DNA of 61,202 bases, counting the filler. It is 9 parts of 9 records of this genome, joined end to end, with 100 filler letters (N's around TTAATTAATTAA, not from the genome) between each part and the next. Parts side by side here need not be neighbours in the genome. Positions count along the whole stretch, not along the records: positions 6,040 to 14,025 come from SRR31147125_9061; positions 14,126 to 20,382 come from SRR31147125_9064; positions 20,483 to 30,326 come from SRR31147125_9077; 6 more parts are not named here. One strand, written 5' to 3'. Position 1 is the first letter of the stretch. Every line of letters begins with the position of its first letter. The translations under genes were made by a program, and so were the position numbers. The notes beneath the pieces were generated by a model, which worked only from the letters and a program-made list of their open reading frames with translations, was not told where the DNA came from and did no database searches. Shown piece after piece: positions 8,983 to 21,412 of the stretch.

Positions 8983-10491
8983 TTAGATATTCTCCTTTTT
9001 GCAGACTGGAAAATAGAGTACGGCACGGGTTCCTTTTTCCGGGGAAGAGGTAAAAACGATTTTTCCATTATGATCTTTCATGATCCGATCAGATATGGCA
9101 AGGCCAAGACCGGTACTTCCATTACGTTGTTTTGTCGTAAAAAAAGGGTCTTTGATGCGTTCAAGCAACTCGGGAGGAATCCCCGATCCGGAATCCTCTA
9201 CCGACACAGTAACACTTTGGGAGTTTTCGTCAAAACCGGTTGAGATTTTGATCATTTGATTTTTATTTTGGAGGGCTTGGCAGGCATTGATGAGAAGGTT
9301 GACAATGACTTGTTCCACTTTCAGCAAATTCCCCTTAAAGAATGGGAGGTTGGATTGGCAGTCGCTATAAAAGTGCTCTGTTGTATCCGTAATCAGATTG
9401 TGGACAAGGGCAATCGATTTCTCAACCGCAGAGTTAATTGCAACATCATTGTTCCTCTCAGGAGGAGAAAGACGGGAAAAATCTTTGAGTTCACTCACGA
9501 TGTTGCTGATTCTTCTCGCGCCGTCATCAATATGATCCAGTAATTGAGGCGTTACCTTACACAGTTCTGAAAAATCCATGGCACGTACATGAAGACAGTC
9601 GTTGCCGGCGGCATAGTGCTTGACAAGCGGGGTAATACTGCTCCACATTTCTTTAACAATTGGGATGTTGAGAAGAATGGTGGTAATCGGATTATTGATT
9701 TCATGGGCGATTCCTGCCGCAAGGGTGCCGACAGTGGCCATTTTACTCGCCTGATAGAGCTGTTCCTGTTGAAGTTTTGCATTGCGCTCCGCCTGTATTC
9801 TTTCCCTTTCTACTTTGACGCTCTGCCAAATGATCGTACCTGACAGAATGGAAATAAACAGCAAAATACCAAAGCAGGTCACTGTGAGTTGCTTGGTGAT
9901 CGTGGATATCTCTTTTTGGATATCATCAATATAAATTCCGGTTCCCACAATCCAGTTCCATGGAGAAAAACCTTTGACAAATGATATTTTTGGAACGATT
10001 CGTGTGGGGTCGTCTTTCCACTGCCATTCATAGGCAACGTATCCCGCATTATTTTTATCGACCACTTTTATAAATTCAATAAACAATCGTTTGCCGTTGG
10101 GATCGGCAAAGGTTGAAATATCCTCTCCTTCCAGTTCGGGGCGATAGGGATGCATAATCATGGTGGGATGCATATCGTTGATCCAGAAATAGTCCTTGGA
10201 TTCCGACCCATACCTAAGATTCCTCAGATGATCAATAGCTAGTTTTTGCGCTTGTTTCCGGTTGAATTCACCGGTTTTTTCCTTTTCATGATACTGATGT
10301 AATGTCCCCCACGCAACCTGTGTCAATTCGTGAATCAATTCTCTTCTTTGGGTCATTAGAGCAGACTCCAAGGCAGGGAGAACGTGCAGAAAGATCGTCA
10401 TGAAAAATAGTGCCAGCAGAAGAAGCACGGGAAAAATAATCGCAATCGGTAAATTCTGAGTTCCTTTTATTGATAGACGATCTTTCATCAT
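8983..10491 (-). CDS. sCache_2 sensor histidine kinase
   Basis: YFWIND...MHP...DPNGK Cache domain between two TM helices; AHEINNP H-box; NACQA, DSGSG, PFFTTK and GLGL boxes. Confidence 0.92.
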   Translation of the reverse strand: MMKDRLSIKGTQNLPIAIIFPVLLLLALFFMTIFLHVLPALESALMTQRRELIHELTQVAWGTLHQYHEKEKTGEFNRKQAQKLAIDHLRNLRYGSESKDYFWINDMHPTMIMHPYRPELEGEDISTFADPNGKRLFIEFIKVVDKNNAGYVAYEWQWKDDPTRIVPKISFVKGFSPWNWIVGTGIYIDDIQKEISTITKQLTVTCFGILLFISILSGTIIWQSVKVERERIQAERNAKLQQEQLYQASKMATVGTLAAGIAHEINNPITTILLNIPIVKEMWSSITPLVKHYAAGNDCLHVRAMDFSELCKVTPQLLDHIDDGARRISNIVSELKDFSRLSPPERNNDVAINSAVEKSIALVHNLITDTTEHFYSDCQSNLPFFKGNLLKVEQVIVNLLINACQALQNKNQMIKISTGFDENSQSVTVSVEDSGSGIPPELLERIKDPFFTTKQRNGSTGLGLAISDRIMKDHNGKIVFTSSPEKGTRAVLYFPVCKKENI

Positions 10492-10620
10492 TTTGTTTGT
10501 TGTTTTCTGTTATCTGTCGCTCTTCGGTTAAAGGATTTGATCATCAAGATTTTTTTTTGTATAAAAACCGGTTAGTAGATGAAGCTTTTTTAAATAAACC
10601 GATTGAACGAGGAGTGTTAC

Positions 10621-11277
10621 ATGAAAAATCCCCAGGTAAATTATTGGAATCATCGTTTGGAAAAGGTGAAAGAAAATCTGGAAGAGAATAATTTCGAAGT
10701 TTTTATTGCCGAAAATGCCGATGCCGCTCGTGAAATTGCATTAAATGAAATCATTTCCAAACTCGATAATATCCGGACGGTTTCCTGGGGAGGGTCCATG
10801 ACCTTTGTCGCAACAGGATTGTTTCATCTTTTGAAAGATGAGGAAAAATATAATGTAATAAATACATTTGATAAATCAATTCCAGTGGAAGAGCAACTGG
10901 AACTTAGAAGAGAATCACTTCTCTCCGATCTGTTCATTACAGGTACCAACGCCATCACAGAAGATGGAAAACTGGTTAATCTCGATATGATCGGTAACCG
11001 GATTGGGGCCATTACTTTCGGTCCCCGCCATGTGATCATCCTTGTGGGAAGAAACAAAATTTCCTGTGATCTGGATGATGCCATGTACCGTATTAAAAAT
11101 TACGCGGCACCGGTAAACACCATGAATCTTGACAAAAAGACCCCCTGCAACCAAACCGGTTTTTGCCATGACTGCAAATCTCCGGAACGCATTTGCAATA
11201 CCTGGACGATCACTGAAAAATGTTTCCCACCCAAAAGAGTCAAGATTGTTTTAATCAATGAGGATCTCGGATTTTAA
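10621..11277 (+). CDS. LUD-domain (lactate utilisation LutC/YkgG-like) protein
   Basis: GGSMT, NAITEDGKLVNLDMIGNR, GRNKI and a C-terminal Cys cluster; GAGGAG RBS before the ATG at 10621. Confidence 0.8.
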   Translation: MKNPQVNYWNHRLEKVKENLEENNFEVFIAENADAAREIALNEIISKLDNIRTVSWGGSMTFVATGLFHLLKDEEKYNVINTFDKSIPVEEQLELRRESLLSDLFITGTNAITEDGKLVNLDMIGNRIGAITFGPRHVIILVGRNKISCDLDDAMYRIKNYAAPVNTMNLDKKTPCNQTGFCHDCKSPERICNTWTITEKCFPPKRVKIVLINEDLGF

Positions 11278-11364
11278 ATCCGGTGTCATTGAGCTGCAGT
11301 GTAGCCAATCAACGTGTCGAGTCGCTGCATGCAAGAAAACTGAAAAAAGCGAGACATGATTTTG

Positions 11365-11391
11365 GAAGCCCGAGCTTTTACTCCGGGCTTC
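11365..11391. terminator. Hairpin between convergent genes
   Basis: GAAGCCCG...CGGGCTTC. Confidence 0.65.
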
Positions 11392-11403
11392 ACTTATTTG
11401 CTT

Positions 11404-13511
11404 TTACCCATCTGTTGCAGATATGGAGTTGAGAACAAGGGAGATGGGTTTATCCTCCTCCCCTTTTCCTTCAAATTGAACCGGGCCCGGTTTTCGATAG
11501 TGATCCTCACCGTATTCCGTTGAAAGCCATTTGTCGCGCAGGGCTTTAAGCACACGGAATGCGTTGGAGTGAATATCCACGATATTTTTTTCAATGACCA
11601 GCGCCAGTTTTCCTTTTCGCTCTTCCAGATGCATGAGTTTGGCAATGGGAATCCCCATGGGCTCCCACTCTTCAAATTGGTGCTCCAGATTTTTAATGAC
11701 GGCCATTTGGCCGGTGACGCCGTTTGCAATCAGATGAAAGGCCGTGAGTCCGAGATTGTAGGTATAGTTGCAATCAAATTTTGTGGGGTGACTGCCTCTG
11801 CCGTCATAGCCGTAGAAATGGGTTTGGATTTTGAAGTTGGGAACAGACTTTTTGTAGATCTCCACAACCGCAGCCGGCGTCTCTTCATCTTCCTTGATGA
11901 GCTCTGAATTGATGAGTCCCTGTTTCAAGGTTTTCAATGAAATGATATTTTTCTTGATAAGAAAGTGACGATCATCCCCAAAATTCCTAAAAATGGCCGT
12001 GCCGAACCGTTCCGGATCAAGGCCTGCTCTGTTCATGGCATAGCGGAAAAAATCACCGTCGATCCCCACTTTGTACTCGCCCTTTTCTTTGAGCACATGG
12101 AGATAATCTTTCACCATATCCATGATGATGATTTCGGTTTGCACTTGGGAGAATTGAAAATTCCCATGGGTATCGCGCTCAACCATGAGCCCTTCTTGAA
12201 AGAAGGTCGGCAGATCATTGAACAGCTCGTCATCTCTTGCATTCCAGATGGGGGATGCGCTACTCTCCGTCAATCGTCTGGATAGGCGTCTGAGGTAGTC
12301 AAGCTTTGTATCCAGGCTTGGAAATGCGGAATGAAAATCGAGATCGTGCACCTGGTTGTATTCTGCGATGATGGTGTTGAGTTTAATGATAAAAATCTGG
12401 ATTTCGTTGATAAACTCCAATACCCCTTCGGGAATGATCATCACACCGTAATTTTTCCCGTTGGCGGCCCGTTGTACGATGGCATCACAGATGGTCCTTG
12501 AAAGATGCCGCAGGGTCATGCCGTAGGCGGTGTAATCCGCCTCTCCCTTCCCTTCCGCTTTGGTCAATCGCTCCTGATCCACGTAATCGGCAAGATCTTC
12601 TCCAATCAATGTCATGTTGGCGTGGGTTTGGAGGGCTGCCTCCAGTGCCAGGTGACTGGCGACCCGGCCCATCACTTTGCAGACATGCCAATATTTCAGA
12701 TCTGAGCTGGCATCGGTACAAAGATTGCTGATATTCTGGGAAAAAGCCCGGGCCGCTGAATGAAAGCCGAAGGAGATGGCACAAAGGGTTTCTCCATCTT
12801 CGGTTCGTACCTGGATATCGCCATCAATGGTCTTGGGAATCCCGATGACCTGCACGCCATCTTGCTTGAGTTCCTGGGCGAGGAAGGCCGCATTGGTATT
12901 GGAATCATCCCCCCTACAATGACAAGGGCATCCAATCCCAGTTCCTGGCAGGCTTGACGGGAAAGGGACATTTTTTCATTGGAATCAATTTTGGTTCTTC
13001 CGGTTTTAATCATGGTAAAGCCACCCATGTTTCGGTACTGGTCCACAAGGGAGGAGGTGATCTCTACATATTGATTTTCCAGAATGCCGCTGGGGCCAAG
13101 GATAAATCCATATATCTTGGAATCAGGATTGGCTTTTTTAGCTGCATCGAAAATACCTGCAATGACGTTGTGGCCACCGGGTGCCGGTCCACCGGAAAAG
13201 ACGATACCGATATTTCGCTGTTTGAGAAGCTGGGCTTTTTGAGCATCCTCCGCATCAGAGACGGGAACCAGCTTTTGAACGTGGTTGTGGATAATGTCCG
13301 GTAGGACTCTTTCCGCTTCTTTGTTGAGAGAAAAGCGGTATTGGGGTTGATCTTCGAGTGCTAATAGATCATGGGAGAACACAGCACATCTGTCAGGAAT
13401 AAAGGCTCTTCTTGCCAACGTATCGTCATTGACATCCTGAGTGACTGTTTGGGTTTTGGAATGATTCAGAAGGGTGTCGATGGTGGGAAGGTCTTGGTAT
13501 GTCATTGTCAA
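11404..13511 (-). CDS. pfp: Pyrophosphate-dependent phosphofructokinase, long form (about 700 aa; apparent 1-nt deletion at 12909-12914)
   Basis: SGGPAPGGHNV, GRTK, PKTIDGD, MGR and YDGRG. Adding one G to the G6 run restores GGDDSNTNAA and joins the two ORFs. Confidence 0.88.
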
Positions 13512-13652
13512 TTATCAGCTTTCAGTAAAATGGGTTACATCAATGGAGTGAACAACCAATGGATTCAGTGTCCGAGGGTGTTTTAGTACGTGAGCATAAT
13601 TAATCCGATAAAATCTCCATGGAAAGATTTTGAATTAAATTTGTTCCCGTAC

Positions 13653-14025
13653 TTATGCCGTGACGACTCTGTTTCGGCCTTCGTTTTTGGCCCGGTAGAG
13701 CGCGGCATCGGCACGTTCAAACACTTTCTCATGGGTCCGGTCTTCTTTGGTGACCTGGGAAACACCGATACTAACCGTCATTTTGATGGTGTCTCTTTTG
13801 TAAATAAATTCAATTTTTTCAATGGTTTGTCTTATTTTTTCAGCAACAACTCCAGCTCCGTCCCCCGACGTCTCCGGCATGATAATGACAAACTCTTCAC
13901 CACCATACCGTACGAGCATGTCGTTCTTTCGAAGGACCGGTGTCGTTCTTCGGGCGATTTCCTGTAAGCATTTGTCTCCGATGGCATGTCCATAGGTATC
14001 GTTTACTTTTTTGAAAAAATCGATA
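13653..14025 (-). CDS. Diguanylate cyclase GGDEF domain (5' truncated)
   Basis: IDFFKKVNDTYGHAIGD...RKND-x5-GGEEF...RADAALYRAK; intact RxxD I-site. Confidence 0.9.
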
Positions 14026-14125
14026 NNNNNNNNNNNNNNNNNNNNNNNNNNNNNNNNNNNNNNNNNNNNTTAATTAATTAANNNNNNNNNNNNNNNNNNN
14101 NNNNNNNNNNNNNNNNNNNNNNNNN
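14026..14125. other. Artificial contig spacer
   Basis: N44-TTAATTAATTAA-N44. Confidence 0.99.
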
Positions 14126-14404
14126 GCTTCGGGGAAGATTGTAGAAAGAGATGATGAAGGTAATCCTGCAAGAATGACAGGAATCATAATAGATATTAAC
14201 GAAAGGAAGAAAGCGGAAGAAGAACTTAAGGTTTACCGGAAAGACTTAGAAAAGTTAGTAAAAGCCAGAACAGATGAGCTTGAAATCAAAAATAAAAAGC
14301 TTGATGAAGCCATAAAAGTATTCGTTGGACGAGAACTTACAATTAGAAACTTACAAGCAACCATACAAAATCTAAAAGATTCGGAAAAATCTAAAAGCCG
14401 TTAA
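14126..14404 (+). CDS. PAS/PAC-domain protein C-terminus with coiled-coil tail (5' truncated)
   Basis: ASGKIVERDDEGNPARMTGIIIDINERK PAC motif, then LEKLVKART...FVGREL. Confidence 0.75.
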   Translation, partial: ASGKIVERDDEGNPARMTGIIIDINERKKAEEELKVYRKDLEKLVKARTDELEIKNKKLDEAIKVFVGRELTIRNLQATIQNLKDSEKSKSR

Positions 14405-14432
14405 ACCAACCATAAATCAATTAAATATCGAT

Positions 14433-16952
14433 ATGAAAACATTCCGATTTAAAAGCATTCGAACCCGCCTCACTTATTGGTTTTTATTATTGGCCGTTAC
14501 ACCTTTACTGGCAACCATTTTAATTATTTACCAACAACGGGTTAGCGTAATTGAATCCCAGACTTTTGATAAATTATTGGCCATACGTGATCTTAAGGTG
14601 TCCAGGCTTAATGATTGGCTTGACGAAAGAATTGGAGATATCAAAACGATGGCTAACAATGACGAACTGAAAGATGTTGAATATGTGACATTTGAACCTT
14701 TAGAAAGTAAAGATAGGGAAACGGTGCTAAATCACAGTCGTGAGATCCTTAATGACTATCTACTAAACTACCCGGCTTACAATGAATTATTCATTCTGAA
14801 TCCACACACTGGAGAAATCATTGTATCGACTCATAAATACATGGAAGGGGAAGATAAAGGCAGCATGGGGTATTTTCTTAAACCACTTGAAACAAGAGAT
14901 CTGCATGTATCTGAAATTACATATTCCAATCAGATTTCTGATTATACCATGACTTATTCCATGCCAATTTTTTGTAACAGACATGAAGGTGAACATGTGA
15001 TAGGTATTTTGGTTACCCGTGTTGATTTGGACAATTCTCTTTACAAACTCTTACTCGATAGGGTTGGTTTAGGTGCGACTGGTGAAACCTTAATTGTAAA
15101 CGAAGATGTTGTGGCACTGAATGAGCTCAGGTGGCATGAAAATGCACCGTTGAACCTCAACATTACAGCAGAACCGGCAGTGCGTGCAGCAAGAGGAGAG
15201 ACCGGAATTGCAGAAACAAAAGATTACCGGGATGAGCCCATCTTGGCTGCTTATACCTATATTCCGGAAACGAAATGGGGATTTGTTTGTAAGCAGGATT
15301 TAAAGGAATTGAATAAACCAATTCGTGACATGATTACCAATTTCATCATCCTGTTCATCATTTCGGTTATTGCTATCTCTTTAATTGCCATAATGATTAG
15401 CAGATCATTCTCAAAACCAATTTTTGCCATGCACAATGTTGCACAACGATTAAAAGTTGGCGATTTTTCGGTGCGTAACCTAATTAGTTCTGAAGATGAA
15501 TTAGGTTCACTCGCTTTGGAATTTAACCACATGGCGGACATGACAGAATCAAAAATAAAAGTTATGTCTGGTATTTCTGATATTTCTAACACCATGATTG
15601 GCAAAACAGAAATCAGTGAATTTTCTCTTTCGCTATTAAAAAGGCTGATGAAAATTACCAATGCCGACATGAGTACTTTTTATATTTTAAACGATGAGAC
15701 TGGAAATTACGAAAACTTCACCTCTGTTGGGGCTAATGATGAAATGCTAAAACCGTTTAGCTCGGATAAACCCGAAGGAGAATTTGGGAATGTGCTGTCC
15801 ACAAAAAAAATATTTCACCTTAAAGAATTATCTGATCAAACTACTTTTAAGTACCGAACTGTAGCCGGAGAAATCCTACCTCGGGAAATTATTACCATTC
15901 CCATTATTGTTGAAGAGGTTATTGTAGCTGTAATCTCATTGGTAAACATACAACGCTTTGATTCGAACAGTCTTGATATCCTTAAACAATCGTGGCCTAG
16001 TATTAATACTTCCTATTCAAATCTAATTGCAGGAGAAAGGACAAAAATATTGGCCGAGCATCTCTCAAGCATTAACCAACAACTTGAGTCTCAATCGGAA
16101 GAATTACAACAACAAACCGAAGAACTGCAAAACCAAACCGACGAGCTATTTAGGACAACAAATAAATTACAGTCTCAGAATTTGAAACTGGAAGATCAAC
16201 GAAAACAAGTAGAGTCGGCAAATCAACTAAAAAGTGAGTTTCTGGCAAACATGAGTCACGAGCTAAGAACCCCACTAAACTCAATCATGGCACTGTCGAG
16301 TGTACTCATCATGCGGGCTAAAAATAAACTGAATGAGGAAGAAAACGATTATCTGAAAATTGTTGAGCGAAACGGGAAAAGACTACTGGCACTGATCAAT
16401 GACATCCTGGATTTATCAAAAATTGAAGCCGGAAAAATGGACGTACAACCCAAACCCATCTCTTTGGAAGGCCTAATACAAACCATTAATGAAAACATCC
16501 ATTCACTCAGCGAGCAAAAAGGACTAACTTTAAAATTAGAGGTTCAGGATAATCTCCCAAAAGTTGAAACAGATGAAGCCAGATTGCACCAGGCATTGCT
16601 AAATATTGTTGCCAATGCGGTAAAATTTACAGACGAGGGAGATGTTGAAGTAAATGTTAAATACGATAAAAAGAAAGTTTTTATTGCAGTAAAAGACAGC
16701 GGGATCGGCATTGAACCTGAGGTCTTACCTCACATTTTTGACGAATTCAAACAGGCCGATTCAACATCCTCGAAACAGTACGAAGGAACAGGGCTTGGGC
16801 TTTCCATTGCAAAAAAAATGATAACAATTTTGGGTGGGAAAATTGAAGTTGAAAGCACTCCAAAAATTGGATCTGTATTTACCATAATTCTTCCATTAAA
16901 ATGGGATAAAAAGAAATTGGTAAAAAAAACTGATGTAAAGAAGAAGAAATAA
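14433..16952 (+). CDS. dCache-HAMP-GAF sensor histidine kinase
   Basis: Two TM helices, HAMP (DELGSLA..FN), GAF, FLANMSHELRTPL, NAVKFT, DSGIGI, GTGLGL. Confidence 0.92.
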   Translation: MKTFRFKSIRTRLTYWFLLLAVTPLLATILIIYQQRVSVIESQTFDKLLAIRDLKVSRLNDWLDERIGDIKTMANNDELKDVEYVTFEPLESKDRETVLNHSREILNDYLLNYPAYNELFILNPHTGEIIVSTHKYMEGEDKGSMGYFLKPLETRDLHVSEITYSNQISDYTMTYSMPIFCNRHEGEHVIGILVTRVDLDNSLYKLLLDRVGLGATGETLIVNEDVVALNELRWHENAPLNLNITAEPAVRAARGETGIAETKDYRDEPILAAYTYIPETKWGFVCKQDLKELNKPIRDMITNFIILFIISVIAISLIAIMISRSFSKPIFAMHNVAQRLKVGDFSVRNLISSEDELGSLALEFNHMADMTESKIKVMSGISDISNTMIGKTEISEFSLSLLKRLMKITNADMSTFYILNDETGNYENFTSVGANDEMLKPFSSDKPEGEFGNVLSTKKIFHLKELSDQTTFKYRTVAGEILPREIITIPIIVEEVIVAVISLVNIQRFDSNSLDILKQSWPSINTSYSNLIAGERTKILAEHLSSINQQLESQSEELQQQTEELQNQTDELFRTTNKLQSQNLKLEDQRKQVESANQLKSEFLANMSHELRTPLNSIMALSSVLIMRAKNKLNEEENDYLKIVERNGKRLLALINDILDLSKIEAGKMDVQPKPISLEGLIQTINENIHSLSEQKGLTLKLEVQDNLPKVETDEARLHQALLNIVANAVKFTDEGDVEVNVKYDKKKVFIAVKDSGIGIEPEVLPHIFDEFKQADSTSSKQYEGTGLGLSIAKKMITILGGKIEVESTPKIGSVFTIILPLKWDKKKLVKKTDVKKKK

Positions 16953-16991
16953 GCAGGGCAGTAAAACAAAATTGAAAAGGGACACATAAGG

Positions 16992-19900
16992 ATGAAGAAG
17001 ATACTTGCCATAGACGACTCAAGAGACAATCTTACAACCATAAAGGCTGTAATACAAGACCACTTGCCAAATTGTTCAACAGTAACCGCATTATCGGGCA
17101 GGGAAGGAATTGAAATGGCTAAAAAAGAACAGCCGGACACCATTTTACTGGACATTGTTATGCCCAAAATGGATGGTTACGAAGTATGCCAAAAACTAAA
17201 AGCCAATCGCTTAACAAAGCATATTCCTGTTGTTATGGTCACGGCTATCAAAACAGACTCCGATAGCCGGATTAAAGGCCTGAATTTAGGGGCTGATGCA
17301 TTTGTTTCTAAACCCATTGATGCGGTTGAATTGGCAGCCCAAATCAAGGTAATGCTCAGAATAAAAGAAGCAGAAGACCAACTCAGGGCAGATAAAAAAT
17401 CACTTGAAGAAGAAGTAAAATCGAGAACAAAAAAGTTAGCTGAAAACGAAAAACAATTTCGTTTAATTGCGGAGAATACAAGTGATAATATTGGGATTAC
17501 AACTTTTGATCTTAAGGCAAAATACCTTTATGTTAGTCCATCCATAAAGCAAGTTTTAGGATACAAAGAAGAGGACTTGTTAGACAAGTCATTTTTTGAT
17601 TTTGTACACCCCGAAGACAAAAACCTCTACCCGCTACTTAAAGATTATGTCAATCAAAAAATAAAAAAAATTATTGGTGGAAAAGAACTACCAACCAGTA
17701 AAACGATAGAATTTAGATTTAAGAACAAGAAAGGTAACTGGCTTCATATCCAGAGTGCATTAAACATTGTTGGCAATAAAATACTGGCAGTCTCAAGAGA
17801 CATCACTGAACAGAAAAAATCCGAAGTGCTTCTTAAAGAGAGCCAGGAAATGTATAAAGCGCTGTACGAAAATGCACCATTACCTTATCAATCGTTAAAC
17901 GAAGACGGCAGTTTTAGGGATGTAAATCCTGCATGGCTCGATACACTTGGATACAAACGAACCGAGGTAATTGGTAAATTTTATAAAGATTTTCTTCACC
18001 CCGATTGGCATGCCCATTTCGAGAAAAACTTTCCTGCATTTAAAAACGGGGCTATGTTTCTGATGTCCAATTTAAAATCAGGCATAAGAAAGGCCATTAC
18101 CTCGACATCTCCTTTGAAGGTTGTATCGGTTACAATCCTGATGGCAGTGTTAAACAAACTTACTGTGTATTTAAAGACATTACCGAACAAAAGAAAATTG
18201 AGCAATCTCTACTCGAAAGTGAAGAGATGTTCAGATCACTTGTGGTTAATAGTTCTGACCTTATATTCCTTACTGATCCAGAGGGTAAAGTTACTTTTAT
18301 CAGCCCACAATGTGAGGCCGTTATTGGCCATCACCTGGATAACATAATCGGGATCACCATACCCGACTTTATTCATCCTGACGATAAACAACTGGCTCTG
18401 AAGAATTGGAAAAATGTTTACGATGGTAAAAAAGACATCAGAGAATTTGAATATCGCATATTGGACAATAAGGATGAAGTTCGGTGGGTCTCCCATTCAA
18501 CCAAATCAATTCTAATCGATGGACAGTTAAAGTTTGTTCAGAATACCGTCCGGAATATCACCGACCAAAAAATTGCTGAGAATGAGCTCCTGGCAAGCAA
18601 AGCTCATCTTCAAACTTTGATTGAAACTATTCCTGATCTGGTTTGGATGAAAGATCCGGAAGGTGTTTACCTTACTTGCAACAAGCGATTTGAATCCTTT
18701 TTTGGAGCATCCAAATCGGAAATTATTGGTAAAACCGATTATGATTTTGTAGATAAAGAATTGGCAGATTTTTTCAGAAAAATGATAAAGCCGCGCTTAA
18801 AGCCGGTAAAGCCTTAATGAATGAGGAAGAAGTTCAATTTGCAAATGACGGTCATCACGAAACCCTTGAAACCTTAAAAACTCCGGTACAGGACAAAAAA
18901 GGAAGAATTATCGGTGTTTTGGGTATTGCACGAAATATTTCGGATCGAATAAAAACGGAGAATGAATTAAAGCAGAGTGAAGAGCGGTACCAGAGTTTTA
19001 TTCAGCAAAGTCATGAAGGTATTTATCGCATGGAAATGATAAACCCCATGGATATCTCCCTTCCCGTTGAAGAACAAATTGATTTCATTAACGAAAATGC
19101 CATTTATGCTGAATGTAATGATGCCTTTGTAAAAATGTACGGTGCCAAATCTGCTAAAGAAATTTTAAATATTAAAAGAGTCGATTTTGACAAAGACAGC
19201 AATAGCGAACAAAGCAGGGAGAATATTAGAAATTTTATCAAAGCGAATTACCAAATTACAAATGCTGAATCTCTTGAAAAGACAAACGATAATGAATCAA
19301 AATGGTTCTCAAACAATACCATAGGGATTGTGGAAAACGGTCATTTGGTTCGGATGTGGGGCACCCAGCTTTGCATCAGCGATCGTAAAAAGGCTGAGCA
19401 AAAATTAATGGTCAGTGAAGAACGTTATCGCTCACTGATGCAAAACCTCCCAGTGGGAGTCTTTAGGTCGACCTATGATGGTAAGGTGCTTTCGGCAAAT
19501 CCTGCCATGGCAGAAATTTACGGCTATAATTCTGTTGATGAATTACTAAAACTTCCGGCCGCGGCTTACTATCACGAAAGTAATCCACGCAACCAAATGT
19601 TAGCCGAACTAACTGAGAAAGGTTTTATCCTTGGACGTGAAACTCTTGAGTACAAAAAAGATGGTTCCTTGATTTGGATTTCGGCTAATTATAGAGCCAG
19701 TTTTTATGAGACCGGGGAAATAAAGCACCTGGATGGTGTGATCATTGATATTAGTGAGCGTAAGAAAGCCGAACAGGCTTTGAATGAAAGTGAAAAAAGG
19801 TTTAAAGAATTGGTAGAATTATTACCTGAAGCCGTTATCGAAACAGATAAAGACTTAAATGTGACCTATGTAAATAAACGAGCCTATGAAATTTCGGGCT

Positions 19901-20382
19901 ACACAGATGAAGATTTTGACAATGGAGTCAATGGATTTCAACTTTTGATTGAGGAGGATAGAGAAAAGGCTATACATTATTCGAAACTACGACAAGAAGG
20001 TGAAGATCCGGGCACAATTGAGTATAAAGCCATTAAGAAGGATGGCTCTGTTTTTAATGTACTATTTCATGGAAGTCCAATTATTAAAGATGGTAAATAT
20101 ACCGGAATCAGGGCAATAATTGTCGACATCACTAATCAAAAAATGGTTGAATCAAAACTGTTTGAAAGTCAAAAACAATATGAATCCCTATTTAACCAAA
20201 TTGCCGATCCCATTGTTGTTTTTGATAAGAAAACAAAATTGATTTTGCATTGTAATTCTGCAATGATTGACCGATATGGTTACAGCTTAGAAGAAATAAC
20301 GAAGATGACTCCTTTATCACTTCATCATAAAAGTGATGACATGATAACTGCAAATAAAAACCTACATGATGAAAATGATAGA
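16992..20382 (+). CDS. Receiver + multi-PAS signalling protein (3' truncated; apparent 1-nt deletions at 18042-18046 and 18778-18782)
   Basis: N-terminal REC domain, then many PAS/PAC units (DITE.K). One extra A in each A5 run joins the three ORFs (FKKRGYVSD; FRKNDKAAL). Confidence 0.85.
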
Positions 20383-20482
20383 NNNNNNNNNNNNNNNNNN
20401 NNNNNNNNNNNNNNNNNNNNNNNNNNTTAATTAATTAANNNNNNNNNNNNNNNNNNNNNNNNNNNNNNNNNNNNNNNNNNNN
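20383..20482. other. Artificial contig spacer
   Basis: N44-TTAATTAATTAA-N44. Confidence 0.99.
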
Positions 20483-20483
20483 G

Positions 20484-21193
20484 TTCTGGATGATTGAACC
20501 AGAAATGGCTTTTTTCGATTTGACAGACAACATGGATCTGGCAGAAGATTTCCTAAAATATTTGACTAAATATGCGCTTGAAAACTGCATGGATGACCTG
20601 AAGTTTTTAAGTAATCGTCTTCAGCAAGAAGAAAAAAATAAGCCCCAGGATCAGCGCTCAATGGAATTGATAGAGAAATTGAACTTCATTGCTGAAAATG
20701 ATTTTGTTCGCTGTACATATACAGAAGCCGTTAAAATTTTGATGAATTCTAAACCATTCAAAAAAGGCAAATTCCAATTTCCAGTTGATTGGGGTACTGA
20801 TTTACAAAGTGAACATGAACGCTACCTGGTTGAAAAACATTTCAAAAAACCAGTAATACTAATTGATTACCCGAAAGACATTAAAGCGTTTTATATGAAG
20901 CAAAACGACGATGGAAAGACGGTAGCTGCCATGGATGTTTTGTTCCCTCAAATTGGTGAAATAATTGGTGGTTCTCAGCGTGAAGAAGACTACGAGAAGC
21001 TAACAAAACGTATGGAGGAAATGGATATTCCTGCTGAAGAAATGTGGTGGTATTTAGATACCAGACGTTTCGGATCAGTGCCTCATGCTGGCTTTGGATT
21101 AGGCTTCGAACGCTTCATTTTGTTCGTTACAGGAATGGGCAATATTCGCGATGTTATTGCATTCCCCGGACTCCCAAAAATGCGGAGTTTTAA
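20484..21193 (+). CDS. asnS: Asparaginyl-tRNA synthetase, C-terminal part (apparent 1-nt deletion at 21164-21167)
   Basis: [38 protein letters not shown]. One extra C gives the usual ending [10 protein letters not shown]. Confidence 0.95.
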
Positions 21194-21412
21194 GAATCAA
21201 TTAATTCAAAATATTAGAATTACGTTCTATTGTGGGTAATCATTCACAATACAATATTCTTAATGCACAGTTTATAATAGATTGAGCAGCTAAGTTTCTT
21301 TTTCAACTATGATTTGACAAACTTAATACTGTCTTTATGGGTTATTACGTTAGAGTTATACGCTTAAGACAATTTGATAGATTTCTAGAGTATTAAAGTT
21401 CGGTTAGTTGGA

